From the NCBI GenBank assembly GCA_964607285.1, contig CAZSJW010000004.1, positions 7,063 to 71,062 on the forward strand: a stretch of DNA of 64,000 nucleotides. Reading direction: 5' to 3'. The stretch is from an uncultured Pseudomonadales bacterium (GTDB lineage: Bacteria; Patescibacteriota; Microgenomatia; UBA1400; PJMF01). The translations under genes were made by a program, and so were the position numbers. Positions 30,835-41,241 of the stretch are shown here, piece after piece. Position 1 is the stretch's first letter. Every line of letters begins with the position of its first letter. The notes under the pieces are model-generated. The model saw only the letters and a list, made by a program, of their open reading frames with translations. It ran no database searches and had not been told where the DNA came from.

Positions 30835-30888
30835 TTATGCAGAGTATTATACGGTACAGACCCACCGTACAGCTACCTCAAAAAGTAC

Positions 30889-30916
30889 TTGACTTCCTCA
30901 TAAAACAGCCTATAAT
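30889..30916 (+). promoter_or_regulatory. Sigma70-like promoter TTGACT-16-TATAAT
   Basis: Perfect -10 and 5/6 -35 with 16-nt spacer, about 80 nt upstream of ORF 30996. Confidence 0.4.
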
Positions 30917-30995
30917 TATTAGGTTAGGTTAGTACCTTCTTACTTGACAGTGCTATACTACATTTCAAATATGAAGGTACCTAGTAATTACAGAT

Positions 30996-31679
30996 ATGTT
31001 CACGACCGTTTCGGGTCAAAAACCAGCGACTAATTCTAGCCCGCAATCAAACCAGGCGGTCAATCCTTTTGCGCGTGCTCTAGCAGAAACTGAAAAACAC
31101 TCACCAGATAGCAATTCTCCACACTCAGCCATCAATCCATTTAGTGAAGCGTTAGCCCGAACGGGTGGGGGATACGCGGACTCACCAGTTACCCAGTTTG
31201 ATCCCAAATTTATCGAGAAGCAAAAAAAAGAAGCAGAAGATACAGCCAGACTGGAAGCATTACGCAAAAAAAGACATGATGAAATCAATCCTGTAGACAG
31301 AACACAACTGTTTGACGCTCGCAGAAAACAAGAACTCAAAGAAATTGAAAAAATCCGCCAAGAGCTTAAAATGCTCTCCCACGATATTGTGAAGTTCAAT
31401 AAAGAAGTAGACATCACTTTGTTTGGTTCTGTAGCAGATGCTGGTCAAGAAGGTAGCTATCACAAAAACTTTTTCCAGCAACTACGAGCGATCATTTTGC
31501 TACTACGCCAACGCGTGAAAAGTGCTCAAACATGGGCAACTCAAATGCAACAAAAACAAGCCAAGAAAAAAAGACGCAAAGGTTCTGCTGGAATAATGAT
31601 TGATGGTGCAAGTCACGAGCAAACAAAATCAGTGTATGACATGATGCACCACGAGCGATCAAATGCATATGGTGGGTAA
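30996..31679 (+). CDS. Hypothetical protein with NPF..ALA repeats and a basic C-terminal tail
   Basis: ORF with an upstream promoter; no known domain. Confidence 0.4.
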   Translation: MFTTVSGQKPATNSSPQSNQAVNPFARALAETEKHSPDSNSPHSAINPFSEALARTGGGYADSPVTQFDPKFIEKQKKEAEDTARLEALRKKRHDEINPVDRTQLFDARRKQELKEIEKIRQELKMLSHDIVKFNKEVDITLFGSVADAGQEGSYHKNFFQQLRAIILLLRQRVKSAQTWATQMQQKQAKKKRRKGSAGIMIDGASHEQTKSVYDMMHHERSNAYGG

Positions 31680-31883
31680 GCTTTTTGCGCTTTGATTTAT
31701 TCATTCACCATGTGGGAATCTTTCAAACCTGCTTCACAAGTAGAACAAGGCAAACTACCTTGGGCATGTTTGTTGACACGCATTTAGTCTGTCATTGGTA
31801 CAAGTCGAATCCTGGATCGCTGCTTTATAAACCTGTGTTGAGAAAAAAACTGATTGATTTGTATGGAAAAGAAAACATCTGAA

Positions 31884-32552
31884 TTACTGAGAAAACTCAG
31901 AAGAACTTTCCAAAACAACTGGCAACTGTGTAGGCTCAGGACTTGGGCTAACCTCAGGCACAGTTTCAATCTTTTTTGGCAACACTTCTAAATCAGAAGC
32001 ATTAGTAACTATTAACACACGAGTCGCATCATTGTACTTACCAGTTGCAAAAATTCTCCTAGATATCAGTCCGCTGAGATCAACCGTCTCTGGAACTTCC
32101 AAAGTAATCGCCTCCGAAGCCGAAGTAGTCATATAATACAAATTGTCGACTACGGAAAAGTGCAGATTGCCAGAAAAAGCTGTGTTTCTCCATGGATCAG
32201 GGGTTGGTAGCACCATCGGCAGGGGAGTCACGACTGGAACATACTGGATAAATGGTTTCTGTGTAGTAAAGGAAAATCGACCCACCCCGAACCCAACAGT
32301 TGCAATAATGAACGTGATAGCAATTGCAGTTAGTGGCTTAATTTTGAAATGCAGGTCAACGCCTTCGCCGCTCATCACCCGTTTCCACCAACTTTTCAGG
32401 TATGTGACAGGATTAGACACCTGCAAATTCACCAACGGCGGCTCTTTTTTTCGCAAGTCAGTTTTGATCTCCTCTACAGAAATAAGTGGGATCTCAGGTG
32501 TTTTTTCTTCACTCATTGTTTGAGCATAAAACAAAATGGGGGTGGAATGCAA
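31884..32552 (-). CDS. Hypothetical single-pass membrane protein
   Basis: One TM helix (AIAITFIIATVGFGVG) and a C-terminal Pro/Ser-rich tail; TTG start, uncertain. Confidence 0.35.
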   Translation of the reverse strand: MHSTPILFYAQTMSEEKTPEIPLISVEEIKTDLRKKEPPLVNLQVSNPVTYLKSWWKRVMSGEGVDLHFKIKPLTAIAITFIIATVGFGVGRFSFTTQKPFIQYVPVVTPLPMVLPTPDPWRNTAFSGNLHFSVVDNLYYMTTSASEAITLEVPETVDLSGLISRRIFATGKYNDATRVLIVTNASDLEVLPKKIETVPEVSPSPEPTQLPVVLESSSEFSQ

Positions 32553-32565
32553 TGGGTGGCAAAAA

Positions 32566-33939
32566 TTATGCCAGCGTCACTGTCTTCAGCTGCGCAAACT
32601 CCCTGAGTCCTACCAACCCATATTCCCGACCCATACCACTTAACTTGTACCCACCAAATGGACATTCAGGTTTAAAGAAATCGCTAGTATTTACCGCCAC
32701 AACCCCAGCCTGGATTTGGCGAGCAACTCGTTGTGCCTTGGTTGCGTCGGTGGTGTACACTTCAGCACTCAATCCATACTCTGTGTCATTTGCCATCTTG
32801 ATTGCTTCCTCTTCAGTGCTGAAAGGCAGAATTGGCAGGACTGGACCAAATACTTCATCGGTCAATACTTGCATGTCCGCCGTTACTTTAATCAGCAGTG
32901 TTGGTTCAAAGTATGCACCGTTTGCGAGTGCGGCATCCTCTGGTCGCTTACCACCAATCACCACTGTTGCACCTTTTTCTACAGCGTCAGCTACCTGAGC
33001 TTCCAATATTTCCCGCTGTTTGAGTGTCACCAATGGTCCAATGTCTGAGTTTTCCAGAGGATTGCCAAGCTTCAAATCCGTCAGCCGTTGCTTCATTTTC
33101 TCCACGAATGCATCATACACACTGGCTTCAACCAACAAACGCTTTACCGCAGTGCATACTTGTCCGCAATTTAAAAACCGTGACCAATACACATTTTCCA
33201 CAGCTGCATCCATGTCAGCATCGGCAAATACAATTGCGGGACTACTGCCACCCATTTCCAGCAGCGACTTGACAAACTTTTTACTGGCTTGCTCGATAAG
33301 CATGCGGCCAGTCCGTGTGCTACCCGTGAACCATAACAAATTAATATCTTGTTTCATGAGTTCTGCGCCAACATCACCTGCACCAACAGCTACTTGCACC
33401 ACACCTTCTGGCAAACCAGCTTCGTTGAGCAGATCAATTACCATTTTTTGGCTGAGTGTTGTGTACTCCGAAGGTTTCAGAATCACCGTGTTACCTGCCA
33501 AAAGTGCGGGCAAGACTCCAGAGTTTGCCATGGAAAGTGGGAAGTTCCAGGGTGCGATGCACAAGCACACACCGTATGGCTCATGGAAAACGGTGAAAGT
33601 TGCCCCATTCTTTTCTAGGACAACTTCTGGTTTAAATGCGGTAGGCGACTGAGCAATGTAGTAGTCGACAAACTCTAGTTCTGATTGTATTTCATCCTGG
33701 GATTGTTGTAGGGGCTTACCCATTTCTTGGGAGATAATTTTCGCCATTTTCTCACTGTTTTTCTCGAGCAAATCTCGAAACTTTTGGATGTACTTCGCTC
33801 GCTCCTCCACTGTTGTGAACTGCCAATTTTGGTATGCTTTTTTTGATGCCTTGACCATGGTCTGCACTTCTGTGGGTGTGGTAGTGGGTAGTTCTGCGAG
33901 TAAGCTTTGATCGTGAGGGTTGATGATTTGGAGTTGCAT
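32566..33939 (-). CDS. NAD(P)-dependent aldehyde dehydrogenase
   Basis: ALDH motifs FTGST, ELGG (LEMGGSSP) and catalytic Cys in CGQVCTA. Confidence 0.85.
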   Translation of the reverse strand: MQLQIINPHDQSLLAELPTTTPTEVQTMVKASKKAYQNWQFTTVEERAKYIQKFRDLLEKNSEKMAKIISQEMGKPLQQSQDEIQSELEFVDYYIAQSPTAFKPEVVLEKNGATFTVFHEPYGVCLCIAPWNFPLSMANSGVLPALLAGNTVILKPSEYTTLSQKMVIDLLNEAGLPEGVVQVAVGAGDVGAELMKQDINLLWFTGSTRTGRMLIEQASKKFVKSLLEMGGSSPAIVFADADMDAAVENVYWSRFLNCGQVCTAVKRLLVEASVYDAFVEKMKQRLTDLKLGNPLENSDIGPLVTLKQREILEAQVADAVEKGATVVIGGKRPEDAALANGAYFEPTLLIKVTADMQVLTDEVFGPVLPILPFSTEEEAIKMANDTEYGLSAEVYTTDATKAQRVARQIQAGVVAVNTSDFFKPECPFGGYKLSGMGREYGLVGLREFAQLKTVTLA

Positions 33940-33970
33940 GGGCTTATTTTAGCACTGATATACTACCTGC

Positions 33971-34465
33971 ATGGAACACATAGACCAAATCAAAGAAGTT
34001 CTCAACCGAGTACACTACGCCAGCATGGCCACAGTCAATGAGGATGGCTCACCACATAATTCCCCATTAGTATTTTTGTATGATCAAAGCCTAAAATACT
34101 GCTATTGGGGTTCACATCCCAATTCGCAACATTCCCAAAATATCGTGCGAACAGGTCAAGCCTTTTTTACAGTCTTTGATAGCATTGCGGGAAGTGTGGG
34201 TGTCTACATTCAAGCAGTTGATGCCAAAGTGGCAGTGGGAAAAGAATTACCTGAAGCCCTCCAGATTCACAATCGTTTCAGAGAAAAAGCTAACAAGAAA
34301 GCTTTAGACATTTCCTACTACCAGGGCACGAATCCACAAAGAATGTGGCGGGCGAAAACAGAAACTGTTTGGATAAATGCCTATGAGCGCGATGAAAAGG
34401 GGAGGCTACTGAGCGATTACAAAATTCAGATTGACCTTGAAACGCTAGATGGTCTTTGGAATTGA
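33971..34465 (+). CDS. Pyridoxamine 5'-phosphate oxidase-like FMN-binding protein
   Basis: Split-barrel PNPOx-like N-terminus (ASMATVNEDGSPHNSPLVF). Confidence 0.5.
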   Translation: MEHIDQIKEVLNRVHYASMATVNEDGSPHNSPLVFLYDQSLKYCYWGSHPNSQHSQNIVRTGQAFFTVFDSIAGSVGVYIQAVDAKVAVGKELPEALQIHNRFREKANKKALDISYYQGTNPQRMWRAKTETVWINAYERDEKGRLLSDYKIQIDLETLDGLWN

Positions 34466-34588
34466 TGGGGTACCACAGCTAAGGTAGCATACCAACCTCT
34501 TGCACGTATATATCCGACAACATCTCGGGAATGTATTGCAGCACACGACCCTGTCCATCTAAGGTCTGGTCCATTACTTTGACTAGTT

Positions 34589-35611
34589 TCATGCCTCTAG
34601 GTAGGATCGGATGTCTACCCGACTGGTGGTTTTCCACTGCACCATATCGGCTAATTCATACAAAGCTTTTACTTTCGCTTCACCATACTTTTCGACTAGC
34701 TTAGCTTGTTGCTCCGCAGATAAAGGTTGTCTAGAATGGAAAGCTGGAAATACCACTCTAATTTCTAGAGGAATACTGGCACCTGTAGAATAATTACGAG
34801 TAGTGTTATAGCCACCAACACTCACACCCTTTGCCGTCAATTCATCCAACTCTTTCTGTCTCTCATCCTGTTCAGCCTTATCAACTGTAGATAACCCTAG
34901 GCCTTTGACCTCCAGAACATCGGCGTCTAGTTGTAGGCTGCCAGAATCTTGCCATTCAGATTTGTCTAGGTTTGAACCATGCACAAGGAACGTCCAATGT
35001 TTAGGCAAGGGTACCTCTTGAATTTTATATTTTTCAGCTTCTCTGAGTAACTGCAAACTTAGTTCCCTTGCGGGTGTAAGTACTGAAGAAATTGGGTACC
35101 TATTTCCCCCAATTGTTGTATAGGCAACGGGGTTGCGATCAACTTCATCTTCCCACTCAGAAATTCGTTGCGTTAAAATGGCCTCTTGCTGTAAGGCACT
35201 GGCATATACAATTTTCTTTCTGACTTCTTCGCGAGTGTCAACCGATCCCGCTTGTTGCGATAATTCACGATTCATTGCTTCATCTAATTCCTGCAGTAAA
35301 GAATGTTTCAGCCTAAAACTACCTATCAGCTCAGCAGCTCTTGTATTGTTTGGATCTTTTTCTAGTGCTTCTTCCTGCAACAGACGAGCATTGCGGATCT
35401 CATACCACACTTTTTGAGCAGTACCGGGCTGAGCGTCTTTTGGAATAGCATACTTTCGTTCTCTATCCGCTCTGCGTTTCAGCTCAACTGTTTGCGCAAC
35501 TATCGCCATAGATCCATCATGGTCTTGAACTCTTACGGCACTAGAATAGTCCCATGTACCATCAGATTTCTTCTTCGCTCCAAAAATTAATCCTGATTCA
35601 CTACCTGACAT
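34589..35611 (-). CDS. Hypothetical protein (340 aa)
   Basis: Clean ORF; no motif. Confidence 0.4.
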   Translation of the reverse strand: MSGSESGLIFGAKKKSDGTWDYSSAVRVQDHDGSMAIVAQTVELKRRADRERKYAIPKDAQPGTAQKVWYEIRNARLLQEEALEKDPNNTRAAELIGSFRLKHSLLQELDEAMNRELSQQAGSVDTREEVRKKIVYASALQQEAILTQRISEWEDEVDRNPVAYTTIGGNRYPISSVLTPARELSLQLLREAEKYKIQEVPLPKHWTFLVHGSNLDKSEWQDSGSLQLDADVLEVKGLGLSTVDKAEQDERQKELDELTAKGVSVGGYNTTRNYSTGASIPLEIRVVFPAFHSRQPLSAEQQAKLVEKYGEAKVKALYELADMVQWKTTSRVDIRSYLEA

Positions 35612-35910
35612 AAACTGAGTATATCAGAAGTTACTTTGAGCTTACATATTGTTTGTTTTGCTTGTTGTACAAATGAGACTTAGTGCAACAACAAGCTCAT
35701 TTTCTAAATATGTTTTTGTGCACTGTCTTGGTGAGAATGAAGGTAGCTAATAGCTACAACACCGGCTTTATGTAAATAACTCTTATAAACCACTTCAAAT
35801 CTAGTAAAAATAGCATACATTGAATAAAGCTTGCTAAATCTTTAAATACGAAAAGAGCCCCAGTTTTTTAGGCTGAGGCTCAGTTCTGTCACTCGGTTTT
35901 TTTGCGAGGC

Positions 35911-36234
35911 TTACACCTCGCGGAAGTTTAGAAAGGAGTCGCGGTCGTACCACGCCCCCTTAAAAAACATATTAATGCGTTCGTTTCCGTCCGCATCACA
36001 AACTATTGTCCAGTAACCCTGTGTGGTCTTCGTCCAACCCAGGGGTGGGGTGACACTGTAGAACAGGTCATCATTGGATGCGCTGACGGTGAAGCCAAGC
36101 GTTTCCAGTTGTGCACGGGTGTCATTCGTGTCAAGATAACGACCATTGACCTTGCGAGCCAACAGCCACTGTTCGCTTTCGGCGACAGAGCGTTGCGCTC
36201 TTTCTTCTATGTTAATGTTTTGGCTTGGTGACAA
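35911..36234 (-). CDS. Small hypothetical protein
   Basis: ORF adjacent to tRNA-Val. Confidence 0.35.
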   Translation of the reverse strand: MSPSQNINIEERAQRSVAESEQWLLARKVNGRYLDTNDTRAQLETLGFTVSASNDDLFYSVTPPLGWTKTTQGYWTIVCDADGNERINMFFKGAWYDRDSFLNFREV

Positions 36235-36333
36235 TCCACTGATGTTCGGAACTTGTGACTCAAGTAATGAAAATCTTCCAAAACCTCAAACGTGTGAAGA
36301 AAAAACTAAAACCACTTAAGTGATTCAATATCT

Positions 36334-36407
36334 GTGAACCTTGCTGGACTCGAACCAGCGACCTCTTCAATGTCAATGAAGCGCTCTAACCAACTGAGCT
36401 AAAGGTT
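36334..36407 (-). tRNA. tRNA-Val (anticodon GAC)
   Basis: Minus strand: acceptor GAACCTT/AAGGTTC, D-arm GCTC-AGTTGGTT-AGAGC, anticodon stem CTTCA/TGAAG with loop TTGACAT, T-arm GCTGG-TTCGAGT-CCAGC. Confidence 0.8.
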
Positions 36408-36491
36408 CGCAACTCTGTAAGACAGATTGGTATTATATCAAGCGAACTGCTCCAACACAATTGGACCAAGCCATCCTGCAACTGTGACAAT

Positions 36492-36956
36492 CTACTTCTG
36501 CATAAGTGGCAAAATCCCAAACTCTGCCATAATTTTGTCTACCTGCTCAAAAGTTGCGGCCTGCTGATCATCTTGATTAAGTACCGTGTGCGTAGCTTTC
36601 TTCCTGGCTGCCTCTATTCCCGCGCTTTCCCGCTCATCTAGTTGCCTAAACCTCTCAAACTCCTCTGGAGTGTCCTGCTTGGGATCTTTATCACCACCCC
36701 GTATGAGTGCACGCTGGAAACGAATCCTAAGATCCTCATCTGCATGTTCGCTCGCCACCACGCTTATGCAAATCGTAGGAGTATTCTGATTTCGCACGGT
36801 AGCGATAAAACAGTTTTGCGCCCTCTGAGTCTCAGTACTTTTCTGACTTTCAAGATGTCGGGCCGCCATTGATAGAGCAGAGAAGAGTTGAAATTGTGAA
36901 ATTATTGCAGGTACTGGCTCTTTTTCCCAATCTGCCCGTATAGAGAATAACTCCAA
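36492..36956 (-). CDS. Hypothetical protein
   Basis: ORF only. Confidence 0.35.
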   Translation of the reverse strand: MELFSIRADWEKEPVPAIISQFQLFSALSMAARHLESQKSTETQRAQNCFIATVRNQNTPTICISVVASEHADEDLRIRFQRALIRGGDKDPKQDTPEEFERFRQLDERESAGIEAARKKATHTVLNQDDQQAATFEQVDKIMAEFGILPLMQK

Positions 36957-37049
36957 AAATCTTGATGCTTTCCCAACAGCATGAAAGTGTAAAAAAACCC
37001 TTCTTAGGGTGATGGCAGCTTGTAGCGATAGCTCCTGGAGCTCTAGATG

Positions 37050-37373
37050 CTAGACTTCCTCCTTTGTACTGTTCGCAAGTACCTTCTGTGCCTCCCGAAA
37101 TAAATGGGCTGCCCCGATCGCCGAGTCAATGTTGTACTGCAAGTATGAATTCTTTGGATTCTCTTGAGGTATTTCAAGTGCACTTCTGATGTGTAGTAAG
37201 ATTTGCATTTTGGCTTCATCATCTACGTGATCAAATGCCAGCAGTGACAACTCATCATCAGTAAGCGCTTGCTCAGTACCCAACTCCCGGATCAGTACGA
37301 TGCTTTGCCCACTTTTCACAAAGCTTCTCAGGACTAATAGAAAATTTGGGTGACTGCGAAGTGACTCGTTCAA
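37050..37373 (-). CDS. Hypothetical protein
   Basis: ORF only. Confidence 0.3.
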   Translation of the reverse strand: MNESLRSHPNFLLVLRSFVKSGQSIVLIRELGTEQALTDDELSLLAFDHVDDEAKMQILLHIRSALEIPQENPKNSYLQYNIDSAIGAAHLFREAQKVLANSTKEEV

Positions 37374-37781
37374 CTCGACAACTAAAGGCCATCCGAAAAA
37401 AACTCAGTGCCCTTATTTCTCCACACCGGCTTGCCTACCTCATCGGGAAACTCCACAAGATGCCGTTCTCTAAAGATGGAGGGGGAATCACTCATAGTCG
37501 TACATATAGCATATGCTATCAATACTAGTGTATATAGCTCAGTTCTAGAACTTGATTCAACATACGATTTAAGTAGTCGTTTTGAGATGCAAGCGCTTCA
37601 CTTACAGGTGAAGAATCAAACCTACTAGTCTCACAGCTCGCAGCAAGATATGACGTTCCCGTTACGAAGCTTTTATCAACACTAATCAGTGCAGGTGCCC
37701 CACAACGAGCAATAGACTTTGTGCGGGGGTATGAAGCAATCAACGGCGCGAGCTGATTATTGGATAGTAAGTAGATCTGAT

Positions 37782-38759
37782 CTATCTTTTCTTGAGGGCA
37801 CGAATGCCTTCAGTTACCAACGAGGGCTGGGCGACAATAGTGCGTATCATAGCTTTAGCAAGCTTCAGCTGATGAACAGCAGGGTAAAAAAGTACTGAGT
37901 ATACCAGAGGTGGCAAAGTCGACCGAGTGCCTAGCAATCTTGAGAAATTTCTGTAAAGTGGATATGGATACGAAGAATCATAACTGATTAGTGCCAGGTT
38001 TATATAGTTGATTATTTCAGTATTACCTAAATCAGGCAAAAGAGTAATACCTTGTCTACGTAGCTCCCTGATACACTCAATAGCATACCTCCAAGCATCA
38101 CGTTCTAAATGCACATTGTTTTGGTTTCTGTTGAGTTGCAGTCGATCAGGCTGAGTACCATGTGCACGTTTCATTACCTGGAAAACATTTTGCTTGCAAT
38201 GCGCTACTTCATGAAAAATAATTAACGGCTCAATCCTTTTATAATAGTGTCGAATAAACTTGAGAAGTAGGTTTTGCTTATACAATATCTCTCCGGGGGG
38301 AACTAGCTCAATCTGCTCATCCAGGGTGTTCGACCAAGCTGCTACTAAACTATTGTCAACAACTATGTTTCCTGTATGTAAATTCTTCAGACTAAATGTC
38401 TTTCCAGTATCTTTTGAGATGAATAACAGATCTAGAATTTCAACTTGATCATTAGAGTCGTCAATATTTTGGTCGGTTCTTGCCTCAGTAATTTGCAAAA
38501 CATCAACACCTTCTCGAAAAACAGATTTTACAAATAAGAATCCTTTTTTTTCGGCAGACGCTATTCGTGTTTCGACAGTTGTTGGCAAAAGACCCAGCTT
38601 ATTGAGTAACTTTGAGTAATTTCTAGCATGGACATGTTCTGCATTCTGATAGGAAATACCTAGAGGTGACAGTGCTGCATCTATTGAGTCGAATGTTACA
38701 ATTTCTGGAGTGGACGAAAAGAATTCCTCCTCAGCACCAGTAAGAATTTTTTCTGACAT
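37782..38759 (-). CDS. Hypothetical protein with a SprT-like/zincin motif HEVAH-x12-HG
   Basis: IIFHEVAHCKQNVFQVMKRAHG matches the SprT-like HExxH...HG zinc-binding spacing. Confidence 0.4.
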   Translation of the reverse strand: MSEKILTGAEEEFFSSTPEIVTFDSIDAALSPLGISYQNAEHVHARNYSKLLNKLGLLPTTVETRIASAEKKGFLFVKSVFREGVDVLQITEARTDQNIDDSNDQVEILDLLFISKDTGKTFSLKNLHTGNIVVDNSLVAAWSNTLDEQIELVPPGEILYKQNLLLKFIRHYYKRIEPLIIFHEVAHCKQNVFQVMKRAHGTQPDRLQLNRNQNNVHLERDAWRYAIECIRELRRQGITLLPDLGNTEIINYINLALISYDSSYPYPLYRNFSRLLGTRSTLPPLVYSVLFYPAVHQLKLAKAMIRTIVAQPSLVTEGIRALKKR

Positions 38760-38826
38760 TGAAAAAATTATATCCTACCCTGGAGGCACTTGGTGAGCAA
38801 GCAGAACGCACCTTGCGTCCTGAGAG

Positions 38827-38855
38827 TTCTCACTCGACAAAAAAAGTGGTATAAT
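38827..38855 (+). promoter_or_regulatory. Sigma70-like promoter with extended -10 (TTCTCA-17-TGgTATAAT) for infC-rpmI-rplT
   Basis: Perfect TATAAT with TG at -14/-15; about 90 nt upstream of the infC start. Confidence 0.4.
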
Positions 38856-38942
38856 TGCCATCTCGTAAAAAACGAGCCTGTACGGTACAATACCCTGCAG
38901 TGCCTTCAGAAATTGAAGACTAGTACAAATAGTTAGAAAAGC

Positions 38943-39533
38943 GTGAGAAAGAAACCCACAAAAAGTTTCAAAGCCAAACAGCCCTTCATAGTTGCGAATC
39001 ACAACATTCGCGCCAGTGAAGTCAGGGTGTTATCGGCAACCGGCGAAATGATCGGCGTCATGTCGACTTCAGACGCCCTCATGCAAGCCAGACAGGCAGA
39101 AAAAGACTTGGTGTTGGTGACAGCCTCCGCTAACCCACCAGTTGCCAAGATCATTGAGCTAGCTAAGTACAAGTACCAGATACAGCAGCGGGAATCCGAG
39201 AATCGCAAGCGATCAAAAGCCCAGGATTTGAAAGAAGTCCGCTTCACACCATTTTTGAGCCAAGGAGACTTTGACTCAAAAATGAAAAAAGTACTGCAGT
39301 TTTTAAAAGGCGGTGATAAAGTTCGGCTATCTTTACAATTTAAAGGTCGGGCCATCACCAAAAAAGAGTTCGGCTTTGATGTGTTTGCTCGAGTGTTTGC
39401 AGCAACGAGCGATATAGCAGTAGTCGAAGTCACACCAAAATTGATGGGCAAAAAACTGCTCGCGCAGCTGATGCCAATGAAAAAAAGTAAACCAACACAG
39501 GATTCGGAGCAACCACAAGGAAGCCAGGAATGA
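38943..39533 (+). CDS. infC: Translation initiation factor IF-3 (non-ATG start, as is typical)
   Basis: IF3 N and C domain conservation (KDLVLV..NPPVAKI; EVRFTP..D). Confidence 0.85.
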   Translation: MRKKPTKSFKAKQPFIVANHNIRASEVRVLSATGEMIGVMSTSDALMQARQAEKDLVLVTASANPPVAKIIELAKYKYQIQQRESENRKRSKAQDLKEVRFTPFLSQGDFDSKMKKVLQFLKGGDKVRLSLQFKGRAITKKEFGFDVFARVFAATSDIAVVEVTPKLMGKKLLAQLMPMKKSKPTQDSEQPQGSQE

Positions 39534-39733
39534 AAAAAATTAAACAAAAAACCAGATCAGGTGTAGCAAAACGCTTCAAAGTAACTGCTACCGGTAAGGT
39601 GTTGCGCCGTTCACAAAACATGCGTCACATCCGCCGCCGCAAGAGTAAAAAAGCAATTCGCGCATATGGCGTTCCAAAACAAGTAATGGGAAAGTGGGCA
39701 CGCAAAATCAAGCGAATGCTCGGTTTAGCATAA
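39530..39733 (+). CDS. rpmI: 50S ribosomal protein L35
   Basis: MKKIKQKTRSGVAKRFKVTATGK; ATGA overlap with infC. Confidence 0.9.
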   Translation: MKKIKQKTRSGVAKRFKVTATGKVLRRSQNMRHIRRRKSKKAIRAYGVPKQVMGKWARKIKRMLGLA

Positions 39734-39758
39734 CTGAACGCAACACAAGAAAGTACCT

Positions 39759-40112
39759 ATGCCAAGAGTAAAAACAGGAATCACCCGCCGAAAACGCCAC
39801 AAGAAAGTTCTCAAACTTGCTAAAGGTTTCCGCGGAGCAAACAGCAGACTCTACAAACGTGCTCATGAAGCCGTCATGCACTCAGGCATGTACGCCTACA
39901 TCGGCCGCCGCTTGCGCAAACGCGACATGCGCTCACTTTGGATTGTCCGTATCTCTGCAGCTCTCAAAGAAGCTGGTAGTGAACTAAACTACTCCAGATT
40001 CATCAACGCCCTCAAAAAAGCTGACATCGCCCTCGACCGAAAAGTCTTGGCTGAGTTGGCAGTAAATCACTTTGAGTCGTTTAAAACCGTTTTAAACCAG
40101 GCGCGGGGCTAA
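39759..40112 (+). CDS. rplT: 50S ribosomal protein L20
   Basis: MPRVKTGITRRKRHKKVLKLAKGFRG. Confidence 0.9.
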   Translation: MPRVKTGITRRKRHKKVLKLAKGFRGANSRLYKRAHEAVMHSGMYAYIGRRLRKRDMRSLWIVRISAALKEAGSELNYSRFINALKKADIALDRKVLAELAVNHFESFKTVLNQARG

Positions 40113-40141
40113 CGAATCACCAAGTACTTATAGAAATAGAT

Positions 40142-40170
40142 AACCCCCGCCTAAGACGGGGGTTTTTAGT
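40142..40170 (+). terminator. Rho-independent terminator after rplT
   Basis: AACCCCCG/CGGGGGTT 8-bp stem with loop CCTAAGA, then TTTTTAGTTTT. Confidence 0.6.
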
Positions 40171-40212
40171 TTTGGAAAAAACAAGATACAATACGGAAAT
40201 TAGGGAGTTTAT

Positions 40213-41241
40213 ATGAATGAAGTATCACAGAATTCTGATGCGATCCTATTTGCTATCATTGAGCGTTCCTTACAACAACAACTAACAAACGATGAGCTGC
40301 GCAATCTAGCTGAACAACTGTTTATTGGTGACCTTACCACTGAGCAAATACTGGCAAACATACAAACTACCACTGAGTACTACCAAAAGTTACGCAATGT
40401 ATTTGAAAGCACAACTAGCCCGCATCAAATGATTGTACGACTTAAGGAGTATTTCTTGCATAAAGCAGCAACCCAACTTATTGTTGCTGAAACAAATGAA
40501 GAGTCGCATATGGCTAAAATGCCTAGCATTTACGCTAGTATCCCTATACAACCAGTGATGCAAGCAGAGCAAAGAAAAAAAACTGAGAATCTAAGAACAT
40601 TAAACGTTATAAACCTGTTTACTAAGTTAGTATCACTAATAAGACCAGATATGAACGAATTGGCTGATCTTCTCAACTCAGATGAAGCTCATCAGAGTGA
40701 TCCAACTTGGTTCAGAAAAGCGGTAGAACACCATCCGCAGTTATCACCAATCCTTTGGCTACTTCCCACTGACCTAACGTACGCAGACTTAAACAAACTC
40801 TGTGAAGCAACTGAGTACAGTTCTACAGGCAAAAAAATCAGGAGATTTGGTGATCGTCAAGTTGCATTTACTACCCCGAGTTTACAAACTATTAATCTCT
40901 CCGGGCCACTGCCCAAAGTGGAGCCCAGTCATGATGAGGAAGAAGTGAGATTTTGGGAAAAATCAGTACCTGAATTGCTCGGTGAGGAGAAGACGCTCAC
41001 AACCCTAACACTTAACCTGGAAGAAACTGAACTCGATGAGCTTTACAATAGTATTCTACTTCCATTTTTACAGAAAAGAATGTTGGCTCAGGTAGCAATG
41101 ACTGCGATATATAGCAGCAAATATTACCATAAAATCTCAGAATTGATTGACCCCGATCCGATAAAGGCAGAGCGCGCAATTAGATTTATAGGATTAGTAC
41201 TTACACAGAAAGTCCTAGGAACTCAACAACATGAAAACTAA
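40213..41241 (+). CDS. Hypothetical protein (342 aa) in the position E. coli uses for the pheM leader
   Basis: Strong RBS AGGGAG; 11-nt overlap with the pheS start. Confidence 0.5.
   Translation: MNEVSQNSDAILFAIIERSLQQQLTNDELRNLAEQLFIGDLTTEQILANIQTTTEYYQKLRNVFESTTSPHQMIVRLKEYFLHKAATQLIVAETNEESHMAKMPSIYASIPIQPVMQAEQRKKTENLRTLNVINLFTKLVSLIRPDMNELADLLNSDEAHQSDPTWFRKAVEHHPQLSPILWLLPTDLTYADLNKLCEATEYSSTGKKIRRFGDRQVAFTTPSLQTINLSGPLPKVEPSHDEEEVRFWEKSVPELLGEEKTLTTLTLNLEETELDELYNSILLPFLQKRMLAQVAMTAIYSSKYYHKISELIDPDPIKAERAIRFIGLVLTQKVLGTQQHEN

Noticed and set aside
35660-35700. 9-bp hairpin GCTTGTTGT...ACAACAAGC followed by a T-rich run, considered as a terminator
   Set aside because: It is oriented as a plus-strand terminator, but no plus-strand gene ends upstream. 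It lies in the 5' region of a minus-strand gene. Left unannotated.
26228-36500. Integrase/mobile element next to tRNA-Cys and tRNA-Val
   Set aside because: No integrase, recombinase, transposase or flanking tRNA-fragment direct repeats are recognisable. Neighbouring genes are hypothetical but not demonstrably mobile.
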